DNA from: a virus
Taxonomy: Duplodnaviria; Caudoviricetes
Length of the DNA stretch: 64,000 nucleotides
Strand: one strand, 5' to 3'
IMG/VR virus record: IMGVR_UViG_3300015608_002132
Coordinates: 49,039 to 113,038 of that record
The notes under the pieces were generated by a model. That model searched no databases and had not been told where the DNA came from. It worked only from the letters and a program-made list of their open reading frames with translations. Positions 57,221 through 64,000 of this stretch are shown here, piece after piece; position 1 is the first letter of the stretch; the number at the start of each line of letters is the position of its first letter. A program made the position numbers and the translations under genes.

Positions 57221-58651
57221 CTACGCGGCCACCACAGAACCACCGGCAGTAAAGTAAATGGCAGCTAGTTTGGCTGCGTGTGCCGCTGCAATAGGCAGCA
57301 TCTGCGATGGTACATAAGCCAGGGCCGTGAGGTCATCGGTCATTGATCGATGCATTGACTGCCAAAGCGCAGACAACCCATGAATCTGCCGGTGATCGCA
57401 GGCAAACTCCGACGACAGAAGACCATAGGTCAACACTGATCGGTAGCTGCGAATACCATTATCCAGTTCAGCACTGACCGCCTTCATCATACCGTGTGGT
57501 ATCCCAACCCTGACCGTGTGACTCAGGAGGTTCTGAATGCGTTTTGTCGTCAGGTCAGCGATATCTGAGATGCAAGCATCACTTGCCTGCTCTCTGCGTC
57601 GCTCATTCAAGTAAGCCAGGTGAGTCATGACTGATTTTCGTGTCCTGTCATTCCTGACCGTCATGACATTCTTGGTGATGCTCAGCTGTTCAACCAGCGG
57701 AAACGCATCAAAGTCTGCGTATATGAGGAGATCACCTTTGAGTGTGTTTATCACATCACCACCACACACGACAGCAATATCGTTAAGCATGTTTAGAGAT
57801 TCTAGTGACTGCTCAAGCCTCAGAGGCATGATGTCAAAGCTGTTGCGTGAGTTGTTTGCGTGTATGGTGCCAATGACCTCCTCGGAGAATCCCTGTGCAA
57901 TCAGCACGAGCGGGATTTTAGTATCGAAAGCCCTTCGCAGAACACGGTCAAGCTCTGACACCTTCTCAATCATGCCATCCACCAACATAACTTTGCTGTT
58001 CGTCCTAGACCAGCTGCTTGTTCCTGTGATGCCGCTTCCAACTAGACCTTTGAATGGGTTAACCTTGAAGTTATAGCCAAATCCCAGCTCAACACTCATG
58101 ACCTGCGAATGCTGCTCCTCCTCAAGTCTTATCACACCATCTAGTCCAGCCAGATAAACCGCTTCCTTTACGGCGGTACGTACAAGTGGAGATGTTTCTG
58201 GCGGTATGAACAGGTCGCCCTTGGCCAGTTCATCGCTTGTCGCTGGTCGCGCGTAGTTCATTAGCAGGTTGTTATACCTCCGCTCCTCTTCTTGGTTATG
58301 TTCCACAAGCTCACCATATCCCATGTTGTGCTTGCTCTTGAGCAACTCACTGGCGTAGCCATGGAATCCTCGAATAAAACAGTAACCGGCACCATGGCAC
58401 TGGATCTCCAGCTTGTAACTCGTCTGAATAAGCTCATCAAAGAGCATTTTCATATGTCTGTCCGACTTGTCGCCGTCTGATACGGCTCGCACCATGTTGG
58501 TTAGTAGTTGATAGGAGCCGCGACACAGGTACGACCCGTTTTCGTTTATCGCAGATTCGACCGCTTCAAGCGATTGATTTAGTAGCTTTATTGCCGTGTA
58601 TAGCCGCTTCCGAGTCGAATCTTCGTCCACAAATATAGTGATCATCGTCAT
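57221..58651 (-). CDS. divergent GroEL-like chaperonin paralog lacking the ATP-binding motif
   Basis: VMLVDGMIEKVSEL..VL......PLVLIA.GFSEEV and LNDIAVVCGGDVI resemble the GroEL apical domain; EAVYLAGLDGVI and KRIQNL also align; no GDGTTT. Confidence 0.65.
   Translation of the reverse strand: MTMITIFVDEDSTRKRLYTAIKLLNQSLEAVESAINENGSYLCRGSYQLLTNMVRAVSDGDKSDRHMKMLFDELIQTSYKLEIQCHGAGYCFIRGFHGYASELLKSKHNMGYGELVEHNQEEERRYNNLLMNYARPATSDELAKGDLFIPPETSPLVRTAVKEAVYLAGLDGVIRLEEEQHSQVMSVELGFGYNFKVNPFKGLVGSGITGTSSWSRTNSKVMLVDGMIEKVSELDRVLRRAFDTKIPLVLIAQGFSEEVIGTIHANNSRNSFDIMPLRLEQSLESLNMLNDIAVVCGGDVINTLKGDLLIYADFDAFPLVEQLSITKNVMTVRNDRTRKSVMTHLAYLNERRREQASDACISDIADLTTKRIQNLLSHTVRVGIPHGMMKAVSAELDNGIRSYRSVLTYGLLSSEFACDHRQIHGLSALWQSMHRSMTDDLTALAYVPSQMLPIAAAHAAKLAAIYFTAGGSVVAA
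58285..58318 (-). repeat. imperfect third copy of the 43-bp repeat inside a CDS
   Basis: Minus strand reads TATGG-TGAGCTTGTGGAACATAACCAAGAAGAGG (1 indel, 1 mismatch, 22-bp exact core). Confidence 0.85.
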
Positions 58652-58707
58652 CCCACTGAACCAAATGTAATACTTACGGACAGCGATGTTGTTGCTGAGG
58701 TTGAACG

Positions 58708-59169
58708 ATGGCTACGGTTGGTGATCGCGAACTGCTGGAACTGATTGCAAAGAAACTAAGTGACCTCGGATCGTTCCATGGCGGGTTCGAGAAGATGTTG
58801 ATCATGATCGAGCACATCGGTCAGGACCAGAAAGAAACCAAGGAGACGATGAAAAAAGTCTCCGATGCCATGTACGACCCAGACAGTGGTTTGTTTATGC
58901 GAGTTAGGGGCATCGAACAAAAGCTGGAGATCGATACCAATATCGCAGATCTCGAAAAAGAGATTCAGAAGTCCGCTGCGAAAGTCGAGCTCAATGAGCT
59001 TCGCAACTTTAAGGCTTCAATTGAAAAAATCTGTGGCGGTGAGACACTTGATGAGTTGACACAGCTCATCAAGCTCAGGCGCAACCTTTCCAAGATCTAT
59101 TGGAGTGTCTTGCTTACCCTTGTTGTGTCTGTTGGAAAGTTGCTGTTTGACCTATCAAAACACACCTAA
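58708..59169 (+). CDS. coiled-coil protein with a C-terminal TM segment
   Basis: IYWSVLLTLVVSVG TM segment; TACTTA at 58671. Confidence 0.7.
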   Translation: MATVGDRELLELIAKKLSDLGSFHGGFEKMLIMIEHIGQDQKETKETMKKVSDAMYDPDSGLFMRVRGIEQKLEIDTNIADLEKEIQKSAAKVELNELRNFKASIEKICGGETLDELTQLIKLRRNLSKIYWSVLLTLVVSVGKLLFDLSKHT

Positions 59170-59269
59170 GCATCATACAAGACGCGTTTTGTACGTGAAT
59201 ATTGTTGCTTAGTTGGTGATGATATGTCACCGGCCACAACACCAGCACCTGGAGAAACGATAACACAAC

Positions 59270-59563
59270 ATGAGCACTGAAGCAGAAATGGCCGCAGCGA
59301 TTGAGATTGCCACCGCACCCGACGTACTTTCCGTTTGGGAGCAATTTCGGATTGAGGTCGAAGCTCTTGAGGAGGACGTCGCCAAGAACACCGGCAAAGG
59401 CAACATGACCGCTGGCGTACGGGTTCGCAAGACCGTTCGTCGGCTTCGGAAGCTCGGCGCAGATCTGATCAAGGCTACTGAGGCCGCCGACAAGGTGCGC
59501 AAGGAGCAGCGCAAGGCTGCCAAGGCAGCGAAGAAGGCTGCGGCGTCTACGCCAGCAGAGTGA
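59270..59563 (+). CDS. histone H1-like protein (Hc1 family)
   Basis: DVAK...KGNMTAGVRVRK motif and a KAAKAAKKAAA tail. Confidence 0.75.
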   Translation: MSTEAEMAAAIEIATAPDVLSVWEQFRIEVEALEEDVAKNTGKGNMTAGVRVRKTVRRLRKLGADLIKATEAADKVRKEQRKAAKAAKKAAASTPAE

Positions 59564-59619
59564 AAGAAACAATGTCCCGTCGTCACCGATCGAGGAGTGA
59601 CCACTGACACGACTTGTTG

Positions 59620-59650
59620 AAAAGGGCAGTTGTAAACCAGCTGCCCTTTT
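59620..59650. terminator. bidirectional intrinsic terminator
   Basis: AAAAGGGCAGTTG-TAAAC-CAGCTGCCCTTTT. Confidence 0.8.
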
Positions 59651-59696
59651 CAGTTTCCACGGCAGTCAAACGGCCGTCAAGAAGGAACAACCGCAA

Positions 59697-61118
59697 ATGA
59701 CCACGAAAAAGACATACATTCTGGATACGAACGTTCTCTTGTCTGACTCAAACTCACTGTTTGGATTTGCGGAACATGATTTGGTCATACCACTGATCGT
59801 TCTTGAGGAACTTGACCGCCACAAAGATAGACAAGACGAGGTCGGCAGAAATGCACGTGACTTCGTGCGCAAGCTCCATGCGCTTACCAAGGACGTTAAA
59901 GACTTCAAGGTTGGCTTTTCGCGCGGTCCTAGACTTGGCACGCTGAAGATTTTGTCCGTTGAAGACGTGTGCTTTGCATCAAGTCGACACCTTGTCCCGC
60001 TCGAACTACGAGAGAAGAAGTCCGGCGACAACACGATCGTCGAGTTCTGCAAAAACTATGCCGCCACATATGACGAGGAAAAGGTCGTCCTTGTAACCAG
60101 AGACACGATCCTACGCCTCAAGGCACATGCCATCGGAATTGACTGCGAAGACTACAAAAAGTTTAACGTTGCGACATCCGCCAATGCGCTATACTCTGGC
60201 GTGCTGACACTCGACGCGCACCCGGACATTTCCATTGCAGAGTTCTACGCAAACTCTGGATATGTCCTGCCGCCGACCGTCGAAGCCGACCTGTTCCCAA
60301 ACCAGTTTGTTGTTATCAAGGAAGGCCAACAGTCTGCCATGGCTCGGTTCATTGCGCCTGGGAAGCCGCTCAAGAGACTGTCTGAGCTGCCAAAGAGCAA
60401 GATCAAGCCAAGGAACAAAGAACAGGAGCTGGCCATGGAGCTCCTGTATGACGACAACGTGAAGCTCGTGACCATGACTGGCAAGGCAGGCACTGGGAAG
60501 AACGTTGTGTCACTTGATGCTGGGCTTGAACAGGTTCTGAACTCGAAGGACCGCAAATATCACTCGCTGGTTATCTGCCGCCCGATCATGCCAGTTGGTA
60601 AGGACCTGGGCTTTCTTCCGGGTGACTTGAATGAAAAGTTGGAGCCATGGCTGGCTCCGATCAAGGATAACCTGCGGTTTCTGCTGGCCGACAAGCACAG
60701 CAACAACAACTCAGAAAGTAGCCAGAAAGGCTCAAAAAAGGCAAGCCAAGCTGGTAACAGCCATGGGTTCCTTCACAGCGAACAGGTGCTCCAAAGTTAC
60801 TTCGACAACGGAGTTATCGAGGTTCAGCCACTCACCTACATTCGCGGTAGGTCGATCGCAAACGCTTTCGTGATTGTTGATGAGGCCCAGAACACAAACC
60901 TGCACGAAATCAAGACGATCCTAACACGCGTTGGCGAGAACACCAAGATTGTGCTAATTGGTGACGTTGAGCAAATGGACAGGTTTGACCTTGATAGCAC
61001 AAACAACGGTCTGGCTATCATTGTTGAGCGGTTCAAGCAGCAAAGCATTGCTGGGCACGTGTCTCTTATCAAGGGCGAACGCTCAGAGCTCGCCACCGTA
61101 GCTTCAAACCTCCTGTAA
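59697..61118 (+). CDS. phoH: PhoH2-like protein (PIN plus PhoH ATPase)
   Basis: YILDTNVLL, VLEELD, GKAGTGK, GFLPG, YIRGRS, DEAQN and TRVGE. Confidence 0.92.
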   Translation: MTTKKTYILDTNVLLSDSNSLFGFAEHDLVIPLIVLEELDRHKDRQDEVGRNARDFVRKLHALTKDVKDFKVGFSRGPRLGTLKILSVEDVCFASSRHLVPLELREKKSGDNTIVEFCKNYAATYDEEKVVLVTRDTILRLKAHAIGIDCEDYKKFNVATSANALYSGVLTLDAHPDISIAEFYANSGYVLPPTVEADLFPNQFVVIKEGQQSAMARFIAPGKPLKRLSELPKSKIKPRNKEQELAMELLYDDNVKLVTMTGKAGTGKNVVSLDAGLEQVLNSKDRKYHSLVICRPIMPVGKDLGFLPGDLNEKLEPWLAPIKDNLRFLLADKHSNNNSESSQKGSKKASQAGNSHGFLHSEQVLQSYFDNGVIEVQPLTYIRGRSIANAFVIVDEAQNTNLHEIKTILTRVGENTKIVLIGDVEQMDRFDLDSTNNGLAIIVERFKQQSIAGHVSLIKGERSELATVASNLL

Positions 61119-61171
61119 ACAACGGCCGCGCCCTATACAGGCCAATCCCGTACTTATCGGTCGTTACCAAT

Positions 61172-61885
61172 ATGGCCGGTATTGCCAATCGAAACCAACG
61201 CAAAAAGGTCTATCAGGTTGGCAGGTCACAAACCGCTAGACCTTTTCAGGTACGGTTCGACAACCACGTTGAATACTTTGATAGAACTCTAGTCATTTAC
61301 GACCAGTCACCATTTACTGTACTATCGCCGTTCTCATATGACCCGGCAACAATCATATACGGCGAGTACGGCGAGTACGACGAGGATACTGTAGAGTTCT
61401 CGACGTTCACTTCTATTGGCACGAAAACATTCAACAGGGTCTTTACCTCTACGCCCACGGTGGTATTGAGTGTTGTTGATGCCAACACAGGCTTTGAAAA
61501 CATCAATGTGTTTCTTGGAACCGTGACATCGACCTCAATAGAGGTCCATACGTCCGCTCCGTTCTCTGGCCAAATCACATATCGTGCCATCTACGCGTCG
61601 TCATATCCAATTTTCGTATCGCGCTCTGTCGCGTCAACGTCTTACTTTTACACGGCCTCGGCCGGATATGTTGATGTCGTAAACAACAACTCTGTTAACG
61701 TTGATTACGCGATGCTAGCAACCGGCAGTCTGCCAACTATGTTGTTTTTTACAACGCAGGACATCAGTAGTAGTGGCGACGCGAACGTTGGCGTGGCAGA
61801 GACCGGTTCATATGGTTTGTCTGGTTCGACCGTTGAGCTCACGGCTCCAATAACAAACCGCCTTCATTACTTAGCAGTAAGGTAA
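61172..61885 (+). CDS. putative structural (tail/baseplate/fibre) protein
   Basis: Beta-rich S/T composition; TACTTA at 61151. Confidence 0.6.
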   Translation: MAGIANRNQRKKVYQVGRSQTARPFQVRFDNHVEYFDRTLVIYDQSPFTVLSPFSYDPATIIYGEYGEYDEDTVEFSTFTSIGTKTFNRVFTSTPTVVLSVVDANTGFENINVFLGTVTSTSIEVHTSAPFSGQITYRAIYASSYPIFVSRSVASTSYFYTASAGYVDVVNNNSVNVDYAMLATGSLPTMLFFTTQDISSSGDANVGVAETGSYGLSGSTVELTAPITNRLHYLAVR

Positions 61886-61893
61886 AATCTGCT

Positions 61894-62913
61894 GTGAGTT
61901 ACGATTATAGGGCCGATCAAGTTCGTACCGGCAGAGTGATCTCGTCCGGGTCAGAGCCGTTGCTGGTATACCCGTCAAGCTCTGCCGCAAACCTACAGGG
62001 AGGAATCAGCTTCAGCACGGCCAGTATCGGTGCTGATGTCTTTGTGTTTATCTCTGGGGCGTTGGGTTCACGAGACTCCAGCACCAGAGGCGTAGCACTG
62101 TTTGGCGGCGATGTTGTTGTATCAGGCAACATCAAGCTGTTTGGTGAGTCGGTGTTCGGCGTAGTCAGCGCCACTCAGCTAACGTCATCGAATGGTATTG
62201 TCACAACCGAGATCAGCGCGTCGCAGCTTGTTACTGCAAATGGTGGTATAACTGCAACGTTTGTTACTACCAGCATCGGTATCAGTTCCAGCGGCCAAGT
62301 GCAAGCACAACAAGTCACGGCTGGAACTGTTAGCGCTACGGGTCTGATATCTGGCTCGGCCGGTGTTTCAACTACGGCCGTTAGCGCGTCGGCCGGTGTT
62401 TACTCGGCCGAACCATTCCAAGGCAGACATTTCGTAACAGAGACCGGTCAGCCGTTTTTCCAGGCAGGACCAGGGATTACGATCAGCTCCGGGTCAAACG
62501 TCGTAGTTGCGATCTCCAACTCATTTTCAAAGGTTGCATCATTTGGACTGTGTGATTATGCAACAACCGCTGACTATGCGTTTTCTGGAGTTGGCATGAT
62601 TATGTTTGATCCTACCGACTATTCCGGATCATCTGTCAACATGCGGTTTGCCATGGCGTCAAGCACCGGATCATTGTCGGCATCCGTTAAGTTATGGAGT
62701 CACACTGCCAATGATTACGTGCTGATTAATGGCGTGTCAAGCATACTATCAACATCAAACACGACAATGACGTTTTTCGAGACGGGCGACCTTAGGTCGG
62801 CCACCAACTTCACAACGGCCAGCCTCGGAATATACGAGCTACAGCTAGCAGCACAGTCAAGCAGTATTGCAACTGTCGGCGGCGCCGTGTTTCGTGTGAC
62901 GATGTCAGCGTAG
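61894..62913 (+). CDS. putative tail fibre-like protein
   Basis: S/G/T-rich short beta repeats such as FGGDVVVSG and ISASQ. Confidence 0.6.
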   Translation: MSYDYRADQVRTGRVISSGSEPLLVYPSSSAANLQGGISFSTASIGADVFVFISGALGSRDSSTRGVALFGGDVVVSGNIKLFGESVFGVVSATQLTSSNGIVTTEISASQLVTANGGITATFVTTSIGISSSGQVQAQQVTAGTVSATGLISGSAGVSTTAVSASAGVYSAEPFQGRHFVTETGQPFFQAGPGITISSGSNVVVAISNSFSKVASFGLCDYATTADYAFSGVGMIMFDPTDYSGSSVNMRFAMASSTGSLSASVKLWSHTANDYVLINGVSSILSTSNTTMTFFETGDLRSATNFTTASLGIYELQLAAQSSSIATVGGAVFRVTMSA

Positions 62914-62947
62914 CCCCTAGTTACAGCACAGTAGTAGAACCGACAAC

Positions 62948-63907
62948 ATGGCCGTACAGACAGACGTTTCTAGCCCGGCAAACGGATCAGCAGCCGTCTT
63001 CTCGTTGATCACGAGACTGTGCGCCGCTGGGTGGCTGGTGAAAAGGTGGAGTGACGCGACAACGCTTACGGATAGTGCGAGCTTGTCAACGAACCCCTAC
63101 GCCGGAAGCGGATCCGGCGCCGGTAACTTAGGCAACAACTCAGCGTGGTTCTGTATTGCCGCGGCAGACGGCTCCAGGGAGTGGCTGTTTCAACGTGGAA
63201 CCGGGGATGCTACGTGGACAGTTAGCCGATCGAAAGCCGGGTTTACTGGTGGATCACCAACAGCCACCACTGTTTCAACGGCAACGGACGCCACGGCGCT
63301 CTTCACCGCGGCGACGCTCTTCAGCGCGACGCCGGGGCGCATGTTCATCAGCACCGACGACTCAGCGCCCTACGGCTTCTGGATGTCGTGCATCACGCTC
63401 GGCGGCGGGAACGTGCTCACGTTCCTCTGCGACGAGCCGCTCCTCGCGAACTCCTACGACCCGGCGGACACGGACCCCTACCTCTGGTGGGGCTACTACC
63501 ACGCGACGGGGCTCGCGGCGGCGGACAGCTCGATCGCCTACGTCTCCGCGACGCTGCTCTACAAGAGGTTCACCGGCGCCGGGTCGAATCAGGTCTGCTC
63601 GATGTGCCGCATGACCACGTGGGGGCAGGTTGGCACGATCTTCGCCGCAGCCCCTCCGACGGATGCGACCGGGCAGGCCGGCATGACGCCGTTGTCACTC
63701 ACCGAAGTGCCACTGCGCATCCCGGTGGTGCGCGTCGGCGCCTCATCGTCGACGACGGGATGGGTGGGGCTCACGTCTCGGCTGCGATGGGCAACGGCCC
63801 ACGGCCGCCTCAACGGCCAGACCCTCGCGCATGGGGCGTCGGCCTACTGGATCTTCATGGCGGGCGTGTGGGTCCCGTGGGACTCGTCCACTCCGGCGCT
63901 GGGCTGA
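62948..63907 (+). CDS. putative virion/receptor-binding protein with a high-GC 3' portion
   Basis: TAGTTA at 62918; composition shifts near 63280. Confidence 0.6.
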   Translation: MAVQTDVSSPANGSAAVFSLITRLCAAGWLVKRWSDATTLTDSASLSTNPYAGSGSGAGNLGNNSAWFCIAAADGSREWLFQRGTGDATWTVSRSKAGFTGGSPTATTVSTATDATALFTAATLFSATPGRMFISTDDSAPYGFWMSCITLGGGNVLTFLCDEPLLANSYDPADTDPYLWWGYYHATGLAAADSSIAYVSATLLYKRFTGAGSNQVCSMCRMTTWGQVGTIFAAAPPTDATGQAGMTPLSLTEVPLRIPVVRVGASSSTTGWVGLTSRLRWATAHGRLNGQTLAHGASAYWIFMAGVWVPWDSSTPALG

Positions 63908-63914
63908 GGTCGCG

Positions 63915-64000
63915 ATGGCCGACTACGCCGCCATGCTAGCCGATGATGACACCGTGATCGCAGCGCGCCCGCGCACCCTCGCCATGCTGGGTGGCGACGG
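63915..64000 (+). CDS. hypothetical protein, truncated at the window edge
   Basis: GAGG then ATG 63915, translating MADYAAMLADDD. Confidence 0.45.
   Translation, partial: MADYAAMLADDDTVIAARPRTLAMLGGD

Noticed and set aside
2170-63939. Many antisense or nested ORFs in the track (for example 14478..15182, 20495..21202, 35739..36416, 63388..63939)
   Set aside because: They are shadow frames of well-supported genes and have no motifs of their own.
1-64000. Stop-codon reassignment (genetic code 15 or 4)
   Set aside because: Core genes are intact under code 11, and TAA, TAG and TGA all terminate well-defined genes.
61894-64000. Diversity-generating retroelement target
   Set aside because: I saw no reverse transcriptase and no adenine-variant TR/VR pair in the window.

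Overview
This window is a 64 kb segment of a large, mid-GC tailed dsDNA phage with T4-like contractile-tail morphogenesis genes. Positions 1-12.5 kb are mostly on the minus strand: a DEDDh exonuclease, tRNA-Arg(CCT), a fused Mre11/SbcD-Rad50/SbcC nuclease, a primase, a GroEL-type chaperonin and a GapR/DsbA-like protein. Positions 12.5-41.3 kb hold the structural block: portal with a mini-intein, prohead protease, scaffold, major capsid protein, neck and tail-terminator proteins, two tandem tail sheaths and a tail tube. Three free-standing homing-endonuclease-like genes, a NUDIX hydrolase and a ligase-like/HxGH nucleotidyltransferase interrupt that block. The right third carries an HDAC-family deacetylase, an Fe/Mn SOD-like protein, a probable lysis cluster, a second and degenerate chaperonin, an Hc1 histone-H1-like protein, PhoH2 and probable tail or fibre proteins with an abrupt GC shift. 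The most notable signals are (i) a TA[G/C]TTA candidate late promoter in front of about 20 genes, (ii) a 43-bp exact dispersed repeat with a third near-copy inside the degenerate chaperonin gene, (iii) a family of N-terminal leaders resembling capsid-targeting/protease-cleavage sequences on enzymes and hypothetical proteins, (iv) a possible phage chromatin/deacetylation set, and (v) duplicated sheath and chaperonin genes. All calls come from reading motifs by eye; no database searches were run.
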